DNA of 62,944 nt, filler included, from Globobulimina sp. (lineage: Eukaryota), in the NCBI GenBank assembly GCA_003354225.1. It is 53 parts of 53 records of this genome, joined end to end, with 100 filler letters (N's around TTAATTAATTAA, not from the genome) between each part and the next. Parts side by side here need not be neighbours in the genome. Positions count along the whole stretch, not along the records: positions 32,131 to 33,219 come from PIVH01023815.1; positions 33,320 to 34,408 come from PIVH01023816.1; positions 34,509 to 35,597 come from PIVH01023817.1; positions 35,698 to 36,786 come from PIVH01023818.1; positions 36,887 to 37,975 come from PIVH01023819.1; positions 38,076 to 39,164 come from PIVH01023820.1; positions 39,265 to 40,353 come from PIVH01023821.1; positions 40,454 to 41,542 come from PIVH01023822.1; 45 more parts are not named here. One strand, written 5' to 3'. Shown here in pieces: positions 32,212 through 43,920 of this stretch. Below the pieces are notes generated by a model, which saw only the letters and a program-made list of their open reading frames with translations, did no database searches and had not been told where the DNA came from. The stretch's first letter is position 1. Every line of letters begins with the position of its first letter. The position numbers and the translations under genes are program-made.

Positions 32212-32913
32212 TTATATATACCTTAATTCTGAACAAATATAAAAATTATCCCAGATTTTGGGGATAGATTTAAATATCACCAATAACATAATAAATGGAA
32301 CCACATAATTTATTGCATCAAACGCTGTCAATATACAATTTGCAATGTTTGACAGATCAACGTATTGTTCGACCAATAAGTAAGAAACTTTAATGAGAGC
32401 TGATATTAATATGAATGGGATAATAATATATTTGCCACAAAAGGAAAAATTGCCAAATGTTCTTTTATGTGTCAGATACCAATAATTTTCTACATCTTGC
32501 TTATTTTTCCCATAATGAGCATTGATTATACTTTGCCATTTATTCTTATTCATATACACTAATAATTTACACTCATATGATAATAACCAAAACCTCAACA
32601 CCCAGCAATATAAGATGCTAAACTCAAAAAACGTATTGACACAATTGAAAATTAATGCTAATAGCTGTAGATTGTCAGGAGTTGGTATTAGATATTGAAC
32701 GGTTAATACATCAGATTGAAAGAATAATTTTATCATAATAATTACTACCACAATTATGGTTACTTTCGCGTAACGCTTTTTAAACACAATATGATGTCTG
32801 TTAACGCTGTATTTGTAGCCATTTACAAGGATTATTGGCATGTACACCAATATAAATAAAGCTAATGTCAATACGACAGTTACGACTTGTGCTGTATGCG
32901 TAAGCGAGCCCAT
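32212..32913 (-). CDS. Multi-pass membrane protein, probably the N-terminal region of a 7TM-RGS-like protein (first exon)
   Basis: About five TM helices with FKKRY, LRFWL, W..I and PKIWDNFYICSEL motifs. No RGS domain is visible here. Confidence 0.6.
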   Translation of the reverse strand: MGSLTHTAQVVTVVLTLALFILVYMPIILVNGYKYSVNRHHIVFKKRYAKVTIIVVVIIMIKLFFQSDVLTVQYLIPTPDNLQLLALIFNCVNTFFEFSILYCWVLRFWLLSYECKLLVYMNKNKWQSIINAHYGKNKQDVENYWYLTHKRTFGNFSFCGKYIIIPFILISALIKVSYLLVEQYVDLSNIANCILTAFDAINYVVPFIMLLVIFKSIPKIWDNFYICSELRYI

Positions 32914-33034
32914 GTTGCAAAATATCACTTCAAAAAAAAGTTTATTAAAAAAAATCGTGACAACATTATAAATGGCATCATATCGGAGATTGGATTGATA
33001 TATATAAATACATATGCATGAATATGGGTATGTA

Positions 33035-33085
33035 AAACCATTGACAGCCTATAAACCATTGACAGCCTATAAACCATTGACAGCC
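33035..33085 (+). repeat. Tandem repeat, 18-bp unit, about 3 copies
   Basis: AAACCATTGACAGCCTAT starting at 33035, 33053 and 33071. Confidence 0.95.
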
Positions 33086-33141
33086 ATATTTCCCTACATT
33101 AAATACAACATTACAATTTACAATAGCAACAAATATAAAAT

Positions 33142-33219
33142 GACTCTGTAGCTCAATGATAGAGCGTGTGTCTGCAGTTAACTTTTGGAGTTAATCGCTC
33201 ACCACAATAGAGCGTGTGT
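33142..33219 (+). pseudogene. tRNA-like 5' half (Cys/Tyr-like), incomplete
   Basis: GACTCTG-TA-GCTC-AATGATA-GAGC-G-TGTGT-CTGCAG has a D-arm/A-box. No T-arm; ATAGAGCGTGTGT repeats at the contig end. Confidence 0.5.
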
Positions 33220-33319
33220 NNNNNNNNNNNNNNNNNNNNNNNNNNNNNNNNNNNNNNNNNNNNTTAATTAATTAANNNNNNNNNNNNNNNNNNNNNNNNN
33301 NNNNNNNNNNNNNNNNNNN

Positions 33320-34408
33320 ATGATTATTATGATGCATATTTTTATAGACTTTGATAACATATTCGACAACAAAGTGAATGGGATACTCAATACTGGTACA
33401 ATCATATTGTTTGGTCAAAGTACTATTAAATCCAGCAATCGATTCATAAAAATCATAAAAATAAACTCTATCTCTTTTATCACCTTTCAATCTGCGGATT
33501 GCTAAATTCTTAAACAATCCTAATTGTATTCGCTCATCAGTCAAATTCGTATTTGTTTGTCGCAGCATCAATTTGAATTGTTCGAAGGTTAAATATCCAT
33601 TTTTATCTGTATCTATCTGCTGGAATAGCTTCAATACAAGGTTTGGATTCGCAGACTTTGTTAAAATGATTTTAATTTCTTTCCTCCCGAAAAATTTGGA
33701 CAACATAGTCAACGATTCTTCATCCAACAAAGCTAATGAATCGATTGATAATTTTATTGTCGATAACGTGCATTTATCATTTGATAGTGCATCGATAATG
33801 GGACCCAATGATTCTTTATCAATATTAAAATATGCGAAATTACACTCATTGGTCAGACCATTTCGAGTCGCTGGCAACCTTGGAATTAATTTAATGGTGG
33901 GGATTTCAGATAATTGTAGCACTGACAACGCATATTCGGCAATGGTCATGCCGTGAAACTTCGACTCTTTGTGTAAATGATATAAATTGTACACAAAGTT
34001 AAATAGTGACATTGCTATGGACAAATATAGCGCGCCTGGCTCCACATAATCCGATCCCGAGCGCCAAATATAAATTTGTAGAATTAATTGCGGCAAAGAT
34101 TCGCCAAAGAATTCAATGACTTTACGGAAATTTTTAATTGCAGCTATTTGCTGATTGGAATTTATTATCAAAATCTGGCCGGTAAAAAAGTGATAAATAC
34201 CATTTAAAATATCAAAAAATACCCAATAAATTTCGACAAATGTCATTAATAAACAGCCCAACGGCGGGAATAAATAAAGTATTAAAAATGTATTGAATGC
34301 TACTTTTTTACATTTGTTTGTTTCGTGGCTATTTTCTATTTCCTTTGATAGGAATTTATGTACAAATCGTAGCGCCGCAGTCCGTAGTGGTGACGCAGTC
34401 GGGGTCGG
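33320..34408 (-). CDS. Membrane protein with an XK-like motif and an EF-hand (partial)
   Basis: FFGESLPQLILQIYI plus TM helices; canonical EF loop DTDKNGYLTFEQF. Confidence 0.75.
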
Positions 34409-34706
34409 NNNNNNNNNNNNNNNNNNNNNNNNNNNNNNNNNNNNNNNNNNNNTTAATTAATTAANNNNNNNNNNNNNNNNNNNNNNNNNNNNNNNNNNNN
34501 NNNNNNNNAATATAATATTTATAAGAGCGAGCCCAGAAAAAAAATGTTGTAATTTTTATATGATGATGTTTACAGTCAGTGAGCTGGTTCCAATCCCAAG
34601 CAAAATGATACTTTTTTGCAGTATAATCGTCCAATGGACAATATGATACACCAAGAGCAGAATAATTATAACTAAATGATTCCTGTGCTATATAATTATT
34701 ATACAT

Positions 34707-35105
34707 TTATTTCAAGATAGAATGTTGCACTCGTACAGTACCTGAGTGATTAAAATATGTTTCGCATTTATTGCAACTTGTACACAGAGGAATACATATT
34801 GATAAATCGAACCAACTGTTACTTGATAATACATCTTCACTGTAAAAATTTGGTGACTTTGAGATATAATAACAATTACAACAGTCGTGTTTATATTTAT
34901 CCATATTATCTATATTGTGAATATTTGCGACAAATATCAAAGCACCAATCAATATAAATCGTACAATATTTACTGAATTATAACATATGAATTGCTTTAT
35001 TTGGGTCTCCAAACATTTCAAACAACAGCAACACCTTTCATTTGTCCAACACTTATGTGATAAGCATTTTACACAGGTAGCTCCCACACCAGTGTCCTCT
35101 GACAT
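34707..35105 (-). CDS. Cys-rich single-TM protein (probably spliced, continuing toward 34509)
   Basis: 132-aa ORF with many Cys and one hydrophobic segment. Confidence 0.5.
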   Translation of the reverse strand: MSEDTGVGATCVKCLSHKCWTNERCCCCLKCLETQIKQFICYNSVNIVRFILIGALIFVANIHNIDNMDKYKHDCCNCYYISKSPNFYSEDVLSSNSWFDLSICIPLCTSCNKCETYFNHSGTVRVQHSILK

Positions 35106-35135
35106 GTTTGAAAGTAGTGGAAAATTAGTACAAAA

Positions 35136-35597
35136 ATGGGTTGTAATAATGACAGAGAGAAACCAACCACTGGCAATGCAGATGACCCACTAGTTCCTGC
35201 AAATGAAAAAAGTGAACAACCATCACAAGACCAACATGATGAAGTATATAAATGGTTGAACAGAATTAAATTTCCTAAGTATTATCGTATTTTCAAGGCT
35301 GAAGGCATCACAATGGATAAATTGATAAGAAATTGCGTAACAGTCGATACGTTACAAAATATGAGTATTAATGAACCAGACAGGAAACAAATAATGCAAA
35401 ACATTAATGCATTGCTTCCAAATCCAAATGATGAAGATGATTCATGTGACATTTCCTATCCAAATGATGAAGATGGTATAAAATTATTTATAAATGAAAT
35501 ACAGAATTTGGGAAATAAAGAATTTGTTATTAATCAGTTTATGGAAAACAAAATTAATGATTGTATGACATTGTATCAATTGACTGATGCAATATTA
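35136..35597 (+). CDS. SAM-domain protein with MGC acylation-type N-terminus (partial)
   Basis: EVYKWLNRIKFPKYYRIFKAEGITMDKL..LQNMSI..DRKQIMQNI. Confidence 0.75.
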
Positions 35598-36189
35598 NNN
35601 NNNNNNNNNNNNNNNNNNNNNNNNNNNNNNNNNNNNNNNNNTTAATTAATTAANNNNNNNNNNNNNNNNNNNNNNNNNNNNNNNNNNNNNNNNNNNNTTC
35701 AGATGTTGCATCTATGAATTTTGGATTAAAACAATAAAAAATGGAATTTATCAAGACATAGTCGGCAAGAAATAATTATTTGCGTTTTTATAATATCACA
35801 GGTACATTCCGTGTAAATATAATAATATTTTTTTTTGCGTGTTGAGATAACAAAAATATAACAAAAAAACAAGAGTTTAATTGGTAATGGGAATAAATCA
35901 GTTGAAAGCGAACATGTTTGAACACAAATAAATGAATGGATTTCATACGTATTGGCAGGTACATATATGCGTTTGTGTATATATAGATGAAATTTATATA
36001 TTATATAGTTAGAGATGTATTTGCTTCGTGTCTTCCATACTCAAACAAGTCGCTTTATTTCAATTGATTTATTCACATTTTGTGTTTTTTTTTTCTGTGT
36101 AAGTTATCTGAATAACTTTTTGATTTGAATAAATGTATAAAAATTGAAAAAAACCCTTTAATTACTCTTCTTCAACAAGCTCTCGCAAT

Positions 36190-36786
36190 ATGCGTAATTC
36201 TGCTTCAACAGAGTTATCCCCACACAATGTTACAAATAACGAACTTGAATATTTCCAGACAATATGGTATTGGACAGCAAAACATGAAGCAGCTCTGCAG
36301 ACATATTTACACCAAAATAATTTGAATTTTGCAGAAATGAATTCAATATTAACTCAATATCTATCCAACACGACATATTCATCACATAATAACCAAAATT
36401 ATGCTACATATATTCATATTAATTGTACGCCATTGAATAATTGTTATAAACACATTCCATTAAAATGGATTAATAATATTACGAAACATTATGTATCCAA
36501 CAAAAATGGATGCGTTGAAATTAAAGTATTTGGAAAAAAAGGAGTGGGAAAATCCAGTTTGGTGTCAACATTTATTGGAAAAGACAACCTGAAAAATGCA
36601 TTATATATGGTTTTGTATAAATATGACGGTGACGTTTCTATGTTGGACCATGTATATCAAACAAAGTTTGCATTGAATGTGGATGAAAAGCAATATGATG
36701 CATCATTTTCTGGCGATAAATTGCAAAATATAAATGTTTTAATATATGATAGTGGCGGGAATGGATACGGCCATTTAAAAGCAATG
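36190..36786 (+). CDS. Divergent Ras-superfamily P-loop GTPase domain (partial)
   Basis: IKVFGKKGVGKSSLV (G1) and VLIYDSGG (G3-like). Confidence 0.7.
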
Positions 36787-36886
36787 NNNNNNNNNNNNNN
36801 NNNNNNNNNNNNNNNNNNNNNNNNNNNNNNTTAATTAATTAANNNNNNNNNNNNNNNNNNNNNNNNNNNNNNNNNNNNNNNNNNNN

Positions 36887-37975
36887 TTCCTATTAATTCA
36901 TTTAATAAAAACACTTTATCCGCCAAACTACAATGCGTTTGACTGTAGAATGCGCGACAAACGGTATGACCCATACTGTTCACCATTAATAACGGAAAAA
37001 AACTCTTTAATTTGTGAAAAAACATTGAAAAGTATACAGGATTTCTGACTTTGGTTGAAATATAATTGCTACCCATTTGACTGCATGCATAGTGATAAAG
37101 TTGTGAAGGATTATTGAATTTTGCTGCCATATTTTCAAATGAATGTAAATTCGATGAATGCGGTCCCTGTCCTTGTCCTAGTTCTTGAGGATGAGGTGGT
37201 TGCCCTTTTTGTTGTTGATTTTGTTGTAACATAATAATATTATTGTTGATAGTATTTATATTTATCGACCTATCTACATTTTGAAATGTTGTAATTGGAG
37301 GCAAATTAGGCAAATTAGGCATATTTTGCATATTTTGCATAGTATTTATTGGCGGTAACGGTAATGGCATATTATTCAATGGTAATGGCACAGATAAAGG
37401 TACGGGTAATGGCAAAGGAGCGGGTGTCACCGAATTAATCATCGGAGAAAAATAATTTGGTGGCGCTAGTGCTGTAATATTATTTTGTGCTGCCATTGGT
37501 GTCGATGAACCATTGTTCAACGACGGAACAAATGATGGACATGGTGATGGAGCGTCATTTTCATGACTCATCATTGGCAATGATGAAAAGGGTGATATAC
37601 TGGTCGAACAAGCGGGGAATGTCAGCATTGAGATGCTCGCGGTGCTGGAAGCAGTATCGAAATGGCCATGGCCGCATCCTGATGTTGGTGCCATATTAGG
37701 GTTAAAAAAGAAATTATTATCAGCTGGGACCATAGCATTTGGTGCTTTAATCATCATATTATGCGGATACTGTGCTGTAATACTCCTCGTGTCGTCGTTA
37801 TCGTGCTCGTTGTCGTTGAACTCATACCGCAAAGATAAAATTTGTAATGCATAGTTTGGCTTTAATTTCATATTTACATTAACAATCAACATATTTCGCT
37901 CAATGGGGTCAAGATAGCGTAATTGATAGATTTTATTCAACAGTTTGTTGTTTAATAAATTTGCATTCGAAGGTG
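36887..37975 (-). CDS. Pumilio/PUF-like RNA-binding protein (partial)
   Basis: Pro/Asn/Gln low-complexity region, then YACSQMGSNYI and LMVNSMGHTVC PUF-like repeats. Confidence 0.7.
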
Positions 37976-38221
37976 NNNNNNNNNNNNNNNNNNNNNNNNN
38001 NNNNNNNNNNNNNNNNNNNTTAATTAATTAANNNNNNNNNNNNNNNNNNNNNNNNNNNNNNNNNNNNNNNNNNNNTTCGTACTGTTTGCGTCATTTGTAA
38101 GTTTTGAAATGTCCTAACCAGCTTTTTTTGTGAGCAGCTTCTTAACGATATATTCCAAAAGTTAACGATATATCGTAGGACCACTATGCAAGCGCAAAAA
38201 AGAAAAAAATGTCAAAAATGT

Positions 38222-39164
38222 TTAAAATGCAATAATTTGGACAAGACCAGGAATGGATGAAAGAGTCATATTAATTGGATAATATCTCAACATGTATTTC
38301 CCCGGCAAAATATTATGAAATACGCAGCCTCGCTGATATTTATAACACTTCCTCTGTTGCGTCAATCTTTTATTAAAATCATATTTATACTTCGCATCTC
38401 CACCATATTTATCATTATTTTTATGCATCCGTATACTTTGCAAATTTATTCCGATACTCTGTCCATTGCCATTCTCAATGTCATAAAAACTTTCTCCGCC
38501 TTCACCGGTAAACATTAACAATGAATGATTTCCAATCGCTGGTATTAAAAAAGCCACTTTTAAGTCATAATCATTTTGCAATATATATTTCCCCCATTCT
38601 TCAGGATGTCTACTGAATATTTGTCTGGCTTTGTTCTTCGTTTTTTTATTAGTTAATAACTCAAACATTTCTAAATCATCCTCGTTATTCGCAATATTTT
38701 CTGTTAAGAATTGTTTATATCTTTGGAACCAAACCTTTTCATGTATAACAATGCTCGGTTTCCGATCCATTGACCCAATTTTACCCGTTCTGTCCTGCGG
38801 GAAATGCGGCGGATCATTGCCACTCTGATAATATGTCCAGCCATTGAATCGCAATAATTTCTCTGTGGAAAACCTCGACTTTCTATCTGCAATTCCTTCC
38901 TTATCCACATCATCAATCATCTCATCGCCGACAGTGTAGTCATCAGAGATGTCATCATAATCATAAATAATATAATCTTTCATCCTAAATTACAAACAAT
39001 TTATATGCACATTACTGATATCGATCCTGTCGCAGTACACAATTATTTGTAATTTATACCTGAAGGCAACGTCCCAGTCGTTGGGCTCACTCGTTTTCAA
39101 CGAAAATGGAGCAATGGTATTACCACAAAATACTTTGCAATATTCTGGCGCTGGGAACAATTTA
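38222..39164 (-). CDS. Hypothetical protein C-terminus with an intron at 38985-39059
   Basis: Removing GTATAA...TTTAG (75 nt) joins DVAFR to MKDYII in frame. Confidence 0.65.
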
Positions 39165-39759
39165 NNNNNNNNNNNNNNNNNNNNNNNNNNNNNNNNNNNN
39201 NNNNNNNNTTAATTAATTAANNNNNNNNNNNNNNNNNNNNNNNNNNNNNNNNNNNNNNNNNNNNTGGAGAAAGGGCGAAGTTATATGGATATCTGTTGGG
39301 CAGATAGTTGTTTGTTTCATTTCATATCATGATCACACTTTTAATTGCTCACTTTTGCTCATTTATAATAAAAGGTAACTTATGGCATAGGAACATTGCG
39401 ATTTCCTACAATTGTTCATTTAGATAATATTAATGCAGTGGACCGATTTGGTGTTCATACGGATGGGAAAAATATTAATCATATTCCAATATCAATGGAG
39501 ACAAAAAGAACATATTTCAATACCCCAAATGTAATAAAATCGGATTGTGCAAATGAAATAATTGATACTGTTTATGGTGGAATGACAAACATTTTATCTC
39601 ATTTGATTAAAAATGCACCAACATCTGAATTACAACGAATATCGAAAATACTTAAACAAAAAAACTATAAATATCAAGAAAAAATAATGAAAAAAAGTTA
39701 AGAAATTTTTCTAACATTTTTATTTTTCGTTGAAAATTAATTTTAAACTTTTATAAAAT

Positions 39760-40353
39760 GAAAAGATGAATCAAAAAATGAAGCAAATGAGAAGGAAACA
39801 ACTGAGCAAGTGATACGTACTAAAATTACATCATTGTCACAATTATCAAGTAATTCTATTACAAATATTTGTGGTTATTTATCTAAAGAAGATATAAAAA
39901 TATTTAAATTAACATCGTTTAGGAATGGAATGATTTGTTTACGACGTTAATTTACGACAAAATATCGCAGTATTTAATTCAAACGAATTAATTAACGACA
40001 AAAAGCAGAAATATATGGATAAATTATGCTTAGTGAATATTATTAACGTGAATACAAATTATAAATATCAGAGATATCCAGCAAATATGACATTATTCGC
40101 ATTACGAGAAATATGGGAACAGCAATATGGCATTGCTTTATCAAAACAATTATTAGTAGAAATTGATAGTAATGGTTTCTGGTTTTGTGATACACAGCAA
40201 AATGACAGATATAAAACCATGAAACTCGAATCTATTGCAGTTAACAGTAAGTTTGTTATATTTGATAAAACGAATATGATTCATTTTGATGAAGTAAACA
40301 ATGCGGCGATTATAAATGGCTTCGATGAGTTTGATCAATCTAAAGATCCGCTG
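39760..40353 (+). pseudogene. Disrupted F-box-like gene fragment
   Basis: ITSLSQLSSNSITNICGYLSKEDIKIFKLTS ends in a stop, followed by a separate ORF from 40015. Confidence 0.3.
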
Positions 40354-40849
40354 NNNNNNNNNNNNNNNNNNNNNNNNNNNNNNNNNNNNNNNNNNNNTTA
40401 ATTAATTAANNNNNNNNNNNNNNNNNNNNNNNNNNNNNNNNNNNNNNNNNNNNGTGATCGACTGTATTGTTTCTTCCTTTTCCCTTGTTCACAAACATAT
40501 TTTTCTATACACCAATGTTAATGTTCTCCGCTTTCCTGTTCTCCACTTTCTGGATAGATACATTTTTTTATGTAGGGTACATTTGCGTCAGTCCAGGCGC
40601 AATAACAAATTATATTGACCTTAAATGCATCCACTTACATTTCCATTGGATTTCCTCTGGATTTTGTGATCCAAGTTTTATATCTAATATTCCAGATCAG
40701 TTTTTCTTTTTGTTTCGCCAAAAAAACAAAGTAATAAAGAAGAACACGACAGACAGAAATGACTAAAAAGGATCTTCAAAACATTATGTTTCACGACACA
40801 CAAAAACACAAAAATGGTATAAATTGTGCCGATCACAAAAAAAAAAGAA

Positions 40850-41542
40850 TTATAAAAACGAGAAAAGAAACAACTCCATAAAAAGAATCCACAACAATGC
40901 ATCCGATTTATTAGCACTGTCACATTCATACACTTGGCACGCTCCATCACCGCCATAATCCTCATACAACGCATCGCAGCCATTGGTCACCTCCACCGTC
41001 CCCATCGCGCCCTGATCTTCGTGCTGCAATATATGGCAATGCACCGTCACAGTGCCGGCAAAGAGGGAGGTTTTGAACTTTATCCATCCGGGACCCCATA
41101 TGGTGTCCACCCAATCCCCGCGAACTTGGTACCCCTCCGCCGGATAGGCATAGTTGGTCCATCCGTGCGAGTTATTGCTGGGCAGCGTCGAATTAAGCAT
41201 TTGAAAGTGATGCAAATGGACATGGAAGGGATGCAATAACCGCTGGTCCGCCACGTAAGAGGTGGTCACCTCCCACGTATTGATAGTGTTCAATGCGATC
41301 CTCTGCAAATAGGCAGTTTCGTTAATCAGAGCCTTGCCGGCTATGCTGGCTCCGGTCACCAATAAGTTTGGCCAATACGCAATTTGATTATTGCCGCTTT
41401 GGTCTGCATACAATTGGTCCTCTAAAACACCCTCATAATGCAACAGATTGTCGCGTAAATAAGCGGGCCGAATGGGAGTAAATGGAGTCAGCGCAGAAAG
41501 AGGCTCCGTCAACGCGGCACTGCCAACCACGTCCAATGTGGC
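40850..41542 (-). CDS. Multicopper oxidase, C-terminal cupredoxin domain with a hydrophobic (TM/GPI-like) tail
   Basis: HPFHVHLHHFQ and VHCHILQHEDQGAM copper-ligand motifs. Confidence 0.92.
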   Translation of the reverse strand, partial: ATLDVVGSAALTEPLSALTPFTPIRPAYLRDNLLHYEGVLEDQLYADQSGNNQIAYWPNLLVTGASIAGKALINETAYLQRIALNTINTWEVTTSYVADQRLLHPFHVHLHHFQMLNSTLPSNNSHGWTNYAYPAEGYQVRGDWVDTIWGPGWIKFKTSLFAGTVTVHCHILQHEDQGAMGTVEVTNGCDALYEDYGGDGACQVYECDSANKSDALLWILFMELFLFSFL

Positions 41543-41783
41543 NNNNNNNNNNNNNNNNNNNNNNNNNNNNNNNNNNNNNNNNNNNNTTAATTAATTAANN
41601 NNNNNNNNNNNNNNNNNNNNNNNNNNNNNNNNNNNNNNNNNNTATTTATATTTTGAATGTAAAGTGTCTTTTTTGTCTTTTGTCTTTTGTCTTTTTGTCT
41701 TTTTAAGAAATATTGGAATAGATGGACAGGCAAAAAAATATGTGATAACTGAATGCTTGGGATAACTGATAAAAGTAGTTTGA

Positions 41784-41930
41784 TACTTTAGAATAGGACA
41801 TGTTTGAAACACCGCGTTTTAGAAAAATTTTAAAACCTATGGAGAGGTCTTCACGATCTCCCAACAAAACGACTTGCGAATTTGCGGATTTTAAAAACAA
41901 TGTGTTTCAAACACGTCCTATTCTAAAGTA
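41784..41930. mobile_element. Short MITE with 29-bp terminal inverted repeats bounded by TA
   Basis: TACTTTAGAATAGGACATGTTTGAAACAC / GTGTTTCAAACACGTCCTATTCTAAAGTA (1 mismatch). Confidence 0.8.
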
Positions 41931-42003
41931 TAACGTTACATAAAACCATATTTTGGGAGGTTACATAAAAAGTAGGAAAAGTTTTTTTTTATCAAAAAAC
42001 ACT

Positions 42004-42731
42004 ATGGATAAATTACCGAAAAGAATACGAAAAGAAATACAGAGATTATCAAAGGACTGTCCACCAGGAATACATATATCACCTCATGAAGATAATTATC
42101 GTCATTTCGATGTTCAGATTGAAGGTCCTGCAGACACCATATATGAAGGCAAAATATATAAATTGGAAATGTTTTTAACCAAAAAATATCCAATATCACC
42201 ACCCCGTTGTCTTTTTATCACAAAAATACATCATCCAAATGTTGACTCATTAGGAAGGCTAAGATTAGATATATTGAAAGATAAATGGACTCCGGCTCTG
42301 ACCATATCTCGTTTATGTTTATCAATTCAATTATTACTGACCGATCCAGAGGATGTAAGACCAAATAAATTGAATTTCCCAACAGATAAAGGATTTAAAA
42401 TCTATATCAAAACACAGTTTGATGGAACTATAACAGTGTATGGGTTGCATCCACATTCGACCATGTTAGATATTGAGAGAAAGTTAGAAATAAAGCATGG
42501 TTCATCAATGTCAAAATCTGGTTTATATGTTAAACCACCAAAAGGTATTCATTCATCAATGTGGGGGACACCAAAAAATATGAAATTAAAAGATTTAGGG
42601 CTCAAACCCAATGATACTGTTATTTGGTCCACTGTTTATACAAAATATAAATCTAAATTATCAAATATTGTATCGGACAAAACTATGCAAAATAACTATT
42701 TTAAAGATAAGTTAATAACATATAAAACAGA
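42004..42731 (+). CDS. Ubc13/UBE2N-like E2 domain lacking the catalytic Cys, fused to a ubiquitin-like domain (partial)
   Basis: LPKRIRKEIQRL..YPISPP..HPNVDSLGRLRLDILKDKWTPAL, then FKIYIKT..STMLDIERKL..KLKDLGLKPNDTV. Confidence 0.88.
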
Positions 42732-42831
42732 NNNNNNNNNNNNNNNNNNNNNNNNNNNNNNNNNNNNNNNNNNNNTTAATTAATTAANNNNNNNNNNNNN
42801 NNNNNNNNNNNNNNNNNNNNNNNNNNNNNNN

Positions 42832-43920
42832 ATGTCCTACATATTATGGCAGTTAATGATAACTCATTTATTCTCACTAGTTCAATCCCAATCAGACTTT
42901 ACTTTTATTGGACAATTTAAAACCAAAAATCCATCATTTGTTGAATTACTAGATTTATCATCCTCTGGCTCAACTGATCCAGATCCACTAGATTTAGATC
43001 TTATTGTCACCAACTTTGCAGAACTAGGAAATGGAAATGGCGTCTCAGCATTTCCAAATATCGGTCGATATTTACAAAATATATCCAATGGTATAGCTCC
43101 ACCGAAGACAATCCTGACAGATAAAATTCTAACATGGTTCGTAATTTCATAACTTGCCTTTTTATTTCTATAATCGTTTCTGTCCAAAAATATAACTTAA
43201 GGCCGAATTTTGTTTACGTTTTTGAGTCAAATGTATTCGCGGCAGAAACCACATTAATTGTACATGATGGTTTTTTAACTCCTTTCCATTCTAATGGTGG
43301 TGTGTACGCATTGCTATTAAACAATTCTAAACCTATCGATTTAGTCCGTTTGAATGCAGAAACAAAAGGGTGTTACTACCATAATTCCACTATGATTGAT
43401 ATGAATGGTGATGGCTTAACTGATTTGTTGTTGGCACAAACGTGTCAAACTAACCATGATAACAAAGGTACATTGATTTGGTTACAGCAACCAAAGACAA
43501 ATCCAGCCAGTCCAAAATCATGGATTGCTCACTCACTCATTGCCGGTCCAGATGTGCTGATAACAACGCAACAATTAAATGAAACAACAATCTTAGGTAA
43601 GCATGCAAATATATTCAAATAGCTGCACTTTTGTGATTATTACCGTTGATATTCCAAAAATAAACAAATATCAATTACAATAATCACCAAAATGGATGTT
43701 GTGTTACAGTTTATGCTGCACAATTTTTTACAAATGCGTTGAAATATTATTATTTGCGGATTGGTTCTGATGAACCATATGTTATGAATGGGAGTGGTGT
43801 ATTAATAGATGATGCCATTGGGCCAGTTTATGATGTTCAAATTGTTGACATATTTAAAAATGGTAAAAAACAATTGCTTGTAAACGACCATGATGCGGAT
43901 GGATCGATAAATGGTGTATT
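42832..43920 (+). CDS. Secreted FG-GAP/VCBS-type beta-propeller protein, introns 43137-43201 and 43597-43709 (partial)
   Basis: Signal peptide; DMNGDGLTDLL and DIFKNGKKQLL motifs. Splicing restores one frame (LTW-PN, IL-VYAAQFF). Confidence 0.8.
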
